From assembly GCA_964490525.1 (NCBI GenBank), contig CAZBDL010000001.1, positions 25,474 to 89,473 on the forward strand: a stretch of 64,000 nucleotides of DNA, read 5' to 3'. A program made the translations under genes and the position numbers. Every line of letters starts with the position of its first letter. Position 1 is the stretch's first letter. This DNA is from an uncultured Victivallales bacterium (lineage in GTDB: Bacteria; Verrucomicrobiota; Lentisphaeria; Victivallales; CAZBDL01). The notes under the pieces were generated by a model, which saw only the letters and a program-made list of their open reading frames with translations, was not told the origin of the DNA and searched no databases. Positions 33,502 to 41,742 of the stretch are shown here, piece after piece.

Positions 33502-35697
33502 ATGACCCCGTTCTTCGCGCTCAACGACATCCTGGCCATCGCCGCCGCCATGGCGCTGGTCCTTGGCCTGTCGGGGCCGCCGTCGCTCGGCTGGATCGGC
33601 GTGCTCGCCCCGGGCCTGCTCCTGCCCATCCTGCGCGAGCGCGGGGTCAAGGTGCCGCCGGCGGGATTCGTGGCCACGGCCGCGGTCGCGGCGCTCGGAT
33701 GCCTCGGCTTCCTGGCGCCGGACATTCCCTGGCTGCCGCATCCCGCCGCCGCCGTCGCCTCGCCGGCGTTCATCCTCTGGTGCCTGGCCATGGCCGCCGC
33801 CCTGGCCGGGAGCCAATGGCCCGTGGAGTGCCGGAAGACCATCCTCTGCGAGTATGCCGGCGTGGCGCTGCTGACCTGGGCCTACCGGACGAACGGGGCC
33901 TTCCTCCCGCGCGACGGCGAGCAGCTCCTCAGCGGCGCCTATGCGTTCCCCGTGGGGGGCGGACTGGCCCTGATCGTCCTGGCCCAGCTCTTCCATGAGC
34001 CCGACACAGGCAAGGGCAAGGGGACCCTGCGCGGCAAGGCCGGCGACCATAAGCCGGTGGTGTCCCTTGGCGGCATCGACTGGGGCATCCGCGACTTCGT
34101 GCGCGGCTGGCTCATCACCGGCGTGACCGGCTCCGGCAAGACCGTGGCCGCCATCAAGACCATGATGATCCAGATCTTCCGCAACCGGCCCGACTGGGGC
34201 GGCTGCGTGGTCGACGAGAAGGGATCGTTCCACGAGATCGTCCGCGAGATCGCCGTGGGCCAGGGCAAGGCCGACAAGATCGTGGTCCTGCAGGTGCGCC
34301 CCGAAGGCGCCCCCGCCCAATGGCGGCCAAAGAACCGGTACAACATCCTCTCCTACCCGGGGCTTCCCGCCCCCACCTACGCCAAGCTCATCGCGGACAC
34401 CGCCGCCGCCGTCACCGGCAAGGGGGAGGAGAAGGCGTTCTTCAAGACCCAGGCGCTCGCCCAGATGTCGGCCGGCATCGCCCTCCTGGAGCTTGTCGCG
34501 AAGATGGAGAACGTCCCCCGCGAGTCCTGCGTCCGGCTCGACCGCCTCTACGAGACCATCTCGTCCCCCGTCGAGGCCCGGCGGGCCGTCGAGCGCGTCT
34601 CCCACGCCATCCATGCCCGCTACGGCGACCAGGTGGAGCGCCTGTTCAACTACCTCCCGGCCCCCGTCCGGGCGACGGTCTCCCAGCAGGTCGACGCCGC
34701 CTACACGAACATCCAGGAGGCGAACGAGAAGCGAGGCCGGCAGATGGCCGTCTTCGACCCCAACGTCCGGGCCGGCTCCCGGACCAGCGGGCAGCCCCTC
34801 TTCCACCCCCTCCTGGTCGAGGCCGTGGTCAACGAGTCCAACCAGCCCACCGCCCCGCCGTTCATGCGCCGCATGCTGCCCCTGTCCGACCTTGAGCTGC
34901 TCACCCAGTACCACAAGGTGGCCAGCCACTTCAACGACAAGTTCCTCTCGCAGCCGCCCGACCAGCTCGGCGGCGTGACATCCACCATCGACAACTACCT
35001 GCGGTTCTTCCAGGCCCCCGCCATCGCCGAGACGTTCTGCACCGACCGCAACACCGTCGACTTCTGCGACATCGACAAGGGCACGATCTTCGTCATCTCC
35101 ATGCCCCAGACCTACGCCGTCGAGCGGCAGTACCTGAACACGATCTTCAAGCTGCTCTTCTACACCCACGCCCTGCGCCGGTTCGACCAGCCGCCGGACG
35201 TCCGCGCCGGTAACAACCTGCTCATCTTCTGGGCCGACGAGGCCCAGGGCGTCGTCACCGCCTCCGACGGCGGCATGGAGGACTACTCCGTGGTCGACAA
35301 GACCCGGGAGGCCATGGCCACCGTCGTCTTCGCCACCCAGTCCAGCACCTCGTTCCTCCCCAAGCTCAACGACAAGAAGACCGAGGTGCTCATGCTCAAC
35401 CTGGCGAACCGCGTCTTCTTCGGCTGCGCCGACGAGCGCGGCGCCGAGCTTGCCGCCAAGACCATCGGCAAGACGCGGCAGAAGTACCAGGACGGGATTT
35501 CCCATGGCCGGGGCGGCAGCGCCGTCCAGTACAAGTTCCAGGACGAATACATCTTCAAGCCCCACGAACTGCGGGCGCTGAACAAGTTCGAGGCCATCGT
35601 CAACCATTGCGAGAAGGGCGCCATCCGCACCTACATCCCCCCCGTCGAGGCCGACGGTTCCACGTCCCCGTGGTTCCGCAAGGGGCGGACGTTGTGA
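33502..35697 (+). CDS. Type IV coupling protein (TraG/VirD4/TraD family)
   Basis: N-terminal TM segments, Walker A GVTGSGKT and Walker B-like LLIFWADEAQ. 731 aa. Located downstream of the relaxase. Confidence 0.8.
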   Translation: MTPFFALNDILAIAAAMALVLGLSGPPSLGWIGVLAPGLLLPILRERGVKVPPAGFVATAAVAALGCLGFLAPDIPWLPHPAAAVASPAFILWCLAMAAALAGSQWPVECRKTILCEYAGVALLTWAYRTNGAFLPRDGEQLLSGAYAFPVGGGLALIVLAQLFHEPDTGKGKGTLRGKAGDHKPVVSLGGIDWGIRDFVRGWLITGVTGSGKTVAAIKTMMIQIFRNRPDWGGCVVDEKGSFHEIVREIAVGQGKADKIVVLQVRPEGAPAQWRPKNRYNILSYPGLPAPTYAKLIADTAAAVTGKGEEKAFFKTQALAQMSAGIALLELVAKMENVPRESCVRLDRLYETISSPVEARRAVERVSHAIHARYGDQVERLFNYLPAPVRATVSQQVDAAYTNIQEANEKRGRQMAVFDPNVRAGSRTSGQPLFHPLLVEAVVNESNQPTAPPFMRRMLPLSDLELLTQYHKVASHFNDKFLSQPPDQLGGVTSTIDNYLRFFQAPAIAETFCTDRNTVDFCDIDKGTIFVISMPQTYAVERQYLNTIFKLLFYTHALRRFDQPPDVRAGNNLLIFWADEAQGVVTASDGGMEDYSVVDKTREAMATVVFATQSSTSFLPKLNDKKTEVLMLNLANRVFFGCADERGAELAAKTIGKTRQKYQDGISHGRGGSAVQYKFQDEYIFKPHELRALNKFEAIVNHCEKGAIRTYIPPVEADGSTSPWFRKGRTL

Positions 35698-35712
35698 TTT
35701 TTATATGATTAC

Positions 35713-35741
35713 TTGACAAATTACGCACAACCGATATATTG
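35713..35741 (+). promoter_or_regulatory. Promoter (TTGACA-N17-ATATTG)
   Basis: TTGACA at 35713-35718 and ATATTG at 35736-35741. Confidence 0.6.
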
Positions 35742-35768
35742 GACTTGGAGGCATCGGAGGACAGCATC

Positions 35769-36290
35769 ATGGCGCTCATCGAATACCGCATCGGCGAGGT
35801 CGCCGAACGCCTCGGGCTCTCGATCCCGACCGTGCGCAACTACTGCCTTGAGGGGAAGCTCAAGTTCACCATGACCCCGGGCGGGCACATGCGCATCTCC
35901 CAGGAGGCCCTGGCCGACTTCCTCAAGGGGGACATCAACCGGCAAGGCCCCCTCGACAACCGCACGGTCCGGGGGCTCTCCGGGCCCGCCCGCCGCCAGG
36001 CGATCACCCCGCGCGTCCTGCCCCTGGCCGCCGCCGCCACCTACATCGGCGTGCATCCGAACACCCTCCGCGCCATCTGCCACGACGGGAAGATCCCCTG
36101 CTTCATCACCCCGGGCGGCCACTACCGGATCACCATCAAGGCCCTCGACGAGTACATCGAGCAGCGGCGCATGGCGGCCAAGGCCTACATCCAGGACCAT
36201 GCCCAGGCCGCCGAGGAGCGGGGAGGGCACTCCCGGGTCGCCGAGGACACCGCCGGCTACGGCGGCGAGGGCGAGGGCATGAAGCCCTGA
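35769..36290 (+). CDS. DNA-binding protein with two tandem excisionase/MerR-type HTH domains
   Basis: Two copies of the pattern: IGEVAERLGLSIPTVRNYCLEGKLKFTMTPGGHMRI and AAATYIGVHPNTLRAICHDGKIPCFITPGGHYRI. Confidence 0.7.
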   Translation: MALIEYRIGEVAERLGLSIPTVRNYCLEGKLKFTMTPGGHMRISQEALADFLKGDINRQGPLDNRTVRGLSGPARRQAITPRVLPLAAAATYIGVHPNTLRAICHDGKIPCFITPGGHYRITIKALDEYIEQRRMAAKAYIQDHAQAAEERGGHSRVAEDTAGYGGEGEGMKP

Positions 36291-36302
36291 TCCCCGGGCG
36301 AC

Positions 36303-36336
36303 ACCGCTTGACAACGTGATGTCAAGCGGTATATTG
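36303..36336 (+). promoter_or_regulatory. parA promoter (TTGACA-N17-ATATTG) embedded in an 11-bp perfect inverted repeat
   Basis: The repeat is ACCGCTTGACA (36303-13), spacer ACGTGA, TGTCAAGCGGT (36320-30). The -35 is at 36308-13 and the -10 at 36331-36. Confidence 0.65.
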
Positions 36337-36361
36337 ACCCAAAAGGAGGGATGCCCGGGCC

Positions 36362-37150
36362 ATGCGCATCATCGCCGTGATCCAGGAGAAGGGCGGCGTC
36401 GCCAAGACGACCAGCGCGTTCAACCTCGGCGCCGAGTTCGCCCTGGCCGGCCGCCGCGTCCTCATGGCCGACTGCGACACGCAGGCGGGCCTGACCTCCA
36501 TGTGCATCGACGAGAAGTCCCAGGCGGGGCCGTTCCTGGAGGAGGCGCTCATGCGCCCCGGACCGCCCCAGCCCATCGCCCCCGCCGCCATCCGCGACAG
36601 GCTCCACCTCCTGCCATGCACCCACGACGGCATGAAGCGGGCGGTGGACCACCTGCTGCTCGCCAAGGTGGGCCGCGAACTGCGCCTCCGGCAGCTCCTC
36701 CAGCACTACCGGCACGACTATGACCTCTGCCTGCTCGACTGCCCGTCAGGCCTCGACCTCATGCCCCTGAGCGCCCTCATCGCCGCCGACCAGGCCATCG
36801 TGCCCGTCGGCGTGGGCAAGGCCGAGATCCTCTGCGTCCGGACCCTCGCCGACGCCGTGCGGGAAGTGGACGCGGTGCGCGACGGCTACGGCCAGGGGCC
36901 GGTCGGGTTCGGTCCGCTCTTCCTGACCATGACCCGCCCCGGCACCGTCGTCGCCAGGACCACGCGGGCCTACGCCGAACGCCTGTTCCCGGGCCGCCTC
37001 CTGGCGACCGAGGTGCGCCACTACCTGGCGGTCAAGTCCGCCTCGGCCGCCTGCCGCACCATCGCCGAGCACAGCCCCGGATGCCCCGCCGCCGAGGACT
37101 ACCGCATGATCGCAAGGGAGATCGGGAAATGGAAGGCAAAGCCGCTGTAG
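36362..37150 (+). CDS. parA: ParA/Soj-family partition ATPase
   Basis: Deviant Walker A, IAVIQEKGGVAKTTSAFNLG, and MADCDTQ. Confidence 0.85.
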   Translation: MRIIAVIQEKGGVAKTTSAFNLGAEFALAGRRVLMADCDTQAGLTSMCIDEKSQAGPFLEEALMRPGPPQPIAPAAIRDRLHLLPCTHDGMKRAVDHLLLAKVGRELRLRQLLQHYRHDYDLCLLDCPSGLDLMPLSALIAADQAIVPVGVGKAEILCVRTLADAVREVDAVRDGYGQGPVGFGPLFLTMTRPGTVVARTTRAYAERLFPGRLLATEVRHYLAVKSASAACRTIAEHSPGCPAAEDYRMIAREIGKWKAKPL

Positions 37151-37243
37151 ACGGGGGCGGGGGATGGACTTTCCCCCCATCGCGCCTGGCCATCCGCCTG
37201 GCGCTTGCACGGATACCCTGGAAAATCAGGAAGGAACGAAGCC

Positions 37244-37615
37244 ATGGCAAGAAGGACCGAAGACTGGGGACTGCCGACGGCGGACGCAACCGCGGCAACG
37301 AGGGCACGCCCCAGGCGTAGGCTCATCGAGGGCGGAAGGATCACCACCAAGAACGTGGGGATCCACTTCCGCATCGACACCTATGCCGGCCTCAAGAAGT
37401 TCCTCTCCGAGGTCGGCGTCGCCCTGGAGGGCAAGGTCGACTCGCGCAGCATCCAGCCGGGGCCATTCCTCTCCGCCATCCTGGAGAAGGTCGTCCACGA
37501 GACCATCCCGGAGGCATCGGCCGGCGCCAGGGGCCAGGCCCGCAAGCGCATGGTGGACCTGTTCCTCGCCGTCAAGGAGGGACGGTTCCGCATCGACTGG
37601 GAGGACAGGGGATGA
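37244..37615 (+). CDS. Hypothetical protein in the position of a partition adaptor (ParB/ParG analogue?)
   Basis: ATG at 37244 with GGAAGGAA upstream, directly downstream of parA. No recognisable motif. Confidence 0.35.
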   Translation: MARRTEDWGLPTADATAATRARPRRRLIEGGRITTKNVGIHFRIDTYAGLKKFLSEVGVALEGKVDSRSIQPGPFLSAILEKVVHETIPEASAGARGQARKRMVDLFLAVKEGRFRIDWEDRG

Positions 37616-38358
37616 TCACCGCCGCCGACCAATGGATCAAGCTGACCGGCATTGGCTTGCTGGCCGACGAACCCCAGTTCAACCAGGACCTCGGAGCCCG
37701 GGTTCAGGTCGACTTCGGCCTGGGCGTGCTCTTTGCCGCCTGCATCAAGAACCAGGACCTGCCGAACATCAAGAGCCGACTGCATGCGGGAAGCGCCTGG
37801 CACCTCCAGGGAGAATGCTACCTCAACAGCGTCCGCGCCGGCCACAACAGGACCGTTGTCCATCCCATCATCTGGACCGATTCGTTCGCTGCGTACCGGT
37901 CAGACGGGAAAACGCCCTTCCGGCACGCCGAACTGAACCTCTTCGGCGTCGTCGAGGAACGGATCAACGCAATCGGGGGCACGACCGTGCTCGCCGTGGT
38001 GGTGGAGAACCTGCGCAAGCAGGGCAACTACCACAACCGCTACGAAGTCGAGGTCCGCGTCCCGGAGGGCCTGCCGGTCCCCGAGACGGGCCACTCCATC
38101 CTGGCCTTCGGGCGGCTCGACTTCGTGGCCGTCGAGGGCGGCGGCGCAATCCCCGTGATCCATGCCCACATGGTCCATGACGCCGGGGTCGCCGTGCCAC
38201 AGGAGGCGGCGTCCGCCGCCGCCCGGGCGCCTGAACCAGCCCCCCCAGCCCCGGCTGCGGCAGAGGCGCCACAGGCCCCCCCTGCCCAGGAGGAGCCTCC
38301 TCCCCCGGAGAAGCCGAAGCAGCGCATCAACCGCATCAGTCTCCTGATGAGGAATTGA
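37612..38358 (+). CDS. Hypothetical protein (248 aa) with a Pro/Ala-rich C-terminus
   Basis: Complete ORF with ATGA coupling. Confidence 0.5.
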   Translation: MITAADQWIKLTGIGLLADEPQFNQDLGARVQVDFGLGVLFAACIKNQDLPNIKSRLHAGSAWHLQGECYLNSVRAGHNRTVVHPIIWTDSFAAYRSDGKTPFRHAELNLFGVVEERINAIGGTTVLAVVVENLRKQGNYHNRYEVEVRVPEGLPVPETGHSILAFGRLDFVAVEGGGAIPVIHAHMVHDAGVAVPQEAASAAARAPEPAPPAPAAAEAPQAPPAQEEPPPPEKPKQRINRISLLMRN

Positions 38359-38388
38359 CCTAAACAACCAAGGGAAAGGGACACGACA

Positions 38389-38622
38389 ATGGCAGCCCTG
38401 ATGACCATCATCAACCAGATCCTCGGGATCATGATCATCTGCGCGATCCCCTGGTGCCTGATCACCGTCTGGTCCGGCGTCCGCCAGATCCGCGAGGGCA
38501 ACGCCGACGGCTACAACTCCCTGAAGGGCGCCGCCTGGATCGCCATCGGGATCATCATCGTCGGGGCGCTCTACGGCATGATCAACGGGTTCCAGGGCAA
38601 CATCGCACCGACCTTCCAGTAG
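38389..38622 (+). CDS. VirB2/TrbC-like pilin candidate
   Basis: 77 aa with two hydrophobic helices (ILGIMIICAIPWCLITVW and AAWIAIGIIIVGALYGMI). Immediately upstream of the virB3/4 fusion. Confidence 0.55.
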   Translation: MAALMTIINQILGIMIICAIPWCLITVWSGVRQIREGNADGYNSLKGAAWIAIGIIIVGALYGMINGFQGNIAPTFQ

Positions 38623-38651
38623 GCGGCCGGATCAACTCACGGGAGGGGCGC

Positions 38652-41642
38652 ATGGCCGACCTCATCCACATCACCGCCCCGACCGAGGGGGATAGGGACA
38701 AGGGACTGGCCTTCGGGCTCAAGGGGGACCAGTTCGTCATCCCGGTCATCGGGTTCACCTTCGGCCTGCTGCTCTTCGTCCTGACCATGGGGCGGATGCA
38801 CCTGGCCGGGAGCCTGCTCATCGGCCTTGCCCCCCTCGCCGCCTCGGTCGCCTACGTCCTGGCGTTCCTGCACAACCGCCCGCCGCACTTCCAGGCCGAC
38901 GCCTTCGACGCCCTCACCGAGGGCGTGGCCATGGAGATCTCCGGGTTCCAGCGGCCGCCCCCCGCCTACCGTCCCCCGATGGCGAAGACCAGCCGGTTCA
39001 CCGACGCCTGGTTCACCGACCGGCTGATGATCTTCAACGAGCTGGACGGGCGCGGCTACGCCGCCAAGGGATTCCTGGTCATTCCCCCGGCCATCGGCTC
39101 GCTCTCCACCGACGCGCTCAACGACACCTACCAGCGCCTCTCCGGCTTCCTCGCCAACGTCAAGCCCCCGGTCCGCATCCAGTTCCAATGGGCCATCACC
39201 TCGGACTACGAGCGGGAGATCGCCGCCTACGAGGCCGAGACCGAACGCCTGGCCGACCGCAACGAATGGGCCACCCTGGCCCGCCGCCAGCGGGCCTCCC
39301 GGCTCCGCGCCTCGATGGCCGCCGGCGACCTTCGGCGCGAGATCCTGCGCCTCTACGTCTCGGTCCCCCTCACCAGCGAGGCCGAGTCCGCCCTCGACGA
39401 CATCGACGCCTACCTGGCGGAGTACGGCCAGCTCCTTGCCGGGCTCTTCGCCGCCTACCAGTCCACCGTCCAGCCCATGACCGGCGAGGAGTGCTTCCGC
39501 CATTGCCTGGAGATCCTCAACCCCGGCATGTCCTCGGCCGCCCGCCAGGCCGCCGTGTTCCGTCCGGAGGATTCCCTCCTGGAGCAATGCCTGGCCGGCG
39601 ACATCGCCATCCGCCCCGACCACTTTGTCTTCGGCGGCATGCACCATGCCTGCATCGCCCTGCGCAACGCCCCGCAAAGCCTCTACCCGGGCATGATCAC
39701 CCGCATCCTCAACGCCAACGTCAGGGGCTTCTCCGTGGCGGTCAACATCCGCCCCCTCGACGCCCAGAAGGAGCGGGCCAAGGCCGAGGACCAGGTCCAG
39801 CGCCTCGAAGGCGACATGAACGCCAACCAGAAGGCGTTCCACTCCCTCAAGGTCTCCCGCGACCGCAAGATCGAGCGCATCGAGGCCCTCACCCGGGGGC
39901 AGATCAACCCCTTCGAGGTCGAGTACGTCTTCCGCGTCTGCGCCCCCACCGCCGGCGAGCTGGCCGCCAAGTGCCGGCAGATCCAGGACATCATCACCCT
40001 CACCAACGGCTCCGCCGCCTGGGTCTTCTCCGGCCGGTCCGGCCGCAACCTGCTCTTCCAGACCCTGCCCGGCTGGATGTTCGGCAAGTACGACCGCTAC
40101 TTCTTCCCCTCCGACGACCGCACCATCGCCGCCTTCCTGCCCTTCTCCGCCACCTACACCGGCCTCCTCGACGGGGCCGAGGCCCTCTACGACGGCGGCA
40201 ACGGCGCCGTGGTCGGCGTCCGCACCTTCGTCGGCGGCACCCCCCAGCACGCCGTCCTGCTCGGCACCACCGGCTGCGGCAAGTCCGCCCTCATGATCGA
40301 CCTGCTCACCCAGACCGCACCCCTCTACGACTTCACCTGCATCCTGGAGGAGGGCCTCTCCTACGCCCTCTACAGCCTCACCCAGGACTCCCGCCCCCTG
40401 GTCATCCACCCGGACAGCAACATCACCATCAACTACCTGGACGTCTCCGGCCTGCCCCTCACCGCCAGCCACATCTCCTTCTGCTCCGCCCTGCTCATGC
40501 AGATGGTCGGGTTCTCCGGCGACCGCGACCGCGACCAGCTCCGCATGGCCATGCTCGCCCGCTACGTCCAGATGCTCTACGACGAGATCCAGCAGTCCTA
40601 CGCCCGCATCCACCCCGAGGACATGGCCGAGGTCGCCCGCGAATGCGCCGCCACCGAGGCGATCATGACCCACCTCGACGAGTGGGCCGAAAGCTACCTC
40701 GACCTGCGCCGCGCCCTCGCCGAGGGTCGCGACCGCGAATGCTCCCTCGCCGCCGCCGTCACCGAGGAGCAGGTCTCCGACTGGCTCACCGACCCCGCCC
40801 GCCTCCAGCGCGTCCAGCAGGCCGTGTTCTGCCGCATGTCGCCCAGGGACATGAGCGACCATTCCAGCCTCATCGAGATGATCCGCGCCATGCGCCTGCC
40901 CGACCACTCCCGCGAGGACATCGCCCGCATCACCTCCGCCCTGGAGATCTGGTCGCGCACCGGCGCCTACGGCACCCTCTTCGACGGCGACTCCAACTTC
41001 TCCCTCCAGGGCCGGCATGTCCACATCGAACTCGGGGCCATTCCCGAATCCGCCGGCGCCCTCAAGCAGATCACCGGCTTCCTCGTCTCCGCCAAGGTCC
41101 GCGACCACATCCTCAAGATGCCCCGCGCCCTCCACAAGCGCTACGTCTTCGAGGAGGCCGCACGCCTCCTCGCCGTCGAGGGCGGCGAGAAGGTCATGGC
41201 CGAGTGCTACGCCCAGATGCGCAAGTTCAACACCTGGGTCTGCTCCATCAACCAGAACTTCGCCCTCTTCAAGGACTCCCCCATCCGCTCCGTCATCATG
41301 TCCAACTCCAAGCAGTACTTCCTCATGCGCCAGAACGACCGCGAGGACGTCAACAGCCTCGGCTCCGACATCGACCTGCCCGAGACCAGCAAGGGCGCCA
41401 TCCTCACCTTCCCCATGCCCGAGACCCTGCCCCCGGGCCGCAAGTACTCCTCGTTCCTCTACCACGACAAGAACACCGGCATCGGCGGCGCCGCCCACAA
41501 CATCTCCTCCCCCGAGATGCTCTTCGTGGCCTCCACCTCCGCCGAGCGCTTCGACGCCGCCCGCCAGGCCGCCCACGACGGCGCCGCGCGCGGCGAGTCC
41601 ATCGTCCAGACAATCGCACGCGAGGCCACCGCGCCAAGGTAG
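38652..41642 (+). CDS. VirB3-VirB4 fusion ATPase (TrbD/E-like)
   Basis: An N-terminal double-TM VirB3-like segment is followed by a VirB4-type ATPase with Walker A LLGTTGCGKS. 996 aa from the ATG at 38652 (SD GGGAGGGG). Confidence 0.85.
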   Translation: MADLIHITAPTEGDRDKGLAFGLKGDQFVIPVIGFTFGLLLFVLTMGRMHLAGSLLIGLAPLAASVAYVLAFLHNRPPHFQADAFDALTEGVAMEISGFQRPPPAYRPPMAKTSRFTDAWFTDRLMIFNELDGRGYAAKGFLVIPPAIGSLSTDALNDTYQRLSGFLANVKPPVRIQFQWAITSDYEREIAAYEAETERLADRNEWATLARRQRASRLRASMAAGDLRREILRLYVSVPLTSEAESALDDIDAYLAEYGQLLAGLFAAYQSTVQPMTGEECFRHCLEILNPGMSSAARQAAVFRPEDSLLEQCLAGDIAIRPDHFVFGGMHHACIALRNAPQSLYPGMITRILNANVRGFSVAVNIRPLDAQKERAKAEDQVQRLEGDMNANQKAFHSLKVSRDRKIERIEALTRGQINPFEVEYVFRVCAPTAGELAAKCRQIQDIITLTNGSAAWVFSGRSGRNLLFQTLPGWMFGKYDRYFFPSDDRTIAAFLPFSATYTGLLDGAEALYDGGNGAVVGVRTFVGGTPQHAVLLGTTGCGKSALMIDLLTQTAPLYDFTCILEEGLSYALYSLTQDSRPLVIHPDSNITINYLDVSGLPLTASHISFCSALLMQMVGFSGDRDRDQLRMAMLARYVQMLYDEIQQSYARIHPEDMAEVARECAATEAIMTHLDEWAESYLDLRRALAEGRDRECSLAAAVTEEQVSDWLTDPARLQRVQQAVFCRMSPRDMSDHSSLIEMIRAMRLPDHSREDIARITSALEIWSRTGAYGTLFDGDSNFSLQGRHVHIELGAIPESAGALKQITGFLVSAKVRDHILKMPRALHKRYVFEEAARLLAVEGGEKVMAECYAQMRKFNTWVCSINQNFALFKDSPIRSVIMSNSKQYFLMRQNDREDVNSLGSDIDLPETSKGAILTFPMPETLPPGRKYSSFLYHDKNTGIGGAAHNISSPEMLFVASTSAERFDAARQAAHDGAARGESIVQTIAREATAPR

Positions 41643-41677
41643 GGGGAAAGATTCCGGAAAATAGCCCTGCGGGGCGC

Positions 41678-41706
41678 TGGACAGGCATAGTGGGAAAATG
41701 TATAAT
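41678..41706 (+). promoter_or_regulatory. Promoter (TGGACA-N17-TATAAT)
   Basis: TGGACA at 41678-41683 and consensus TATAAT at 41701-41706. Confidence 0.55.
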
Positions 41707-41742
41707 TATCTAACAAAATACGCAGAAATGGAGGTAAGGCAC

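Noticed and set aside
38637-41576. Very long antisense ORFs opposite real genes: 38637..41576, 33325..35607, 42409..44544, 7875..9926, 52411..54006, 46924..48663, 25384..26877 and 44689..46272
   Set aside because: Their translations are low-complexity G/A/R/P/V/D-rich strings with no motifs. High GC suppresses stop codons in off-frames. The opposite strand carries recognisable proteins (VirB4, T4CP, VirB10 and others) with SD sites and coupling.
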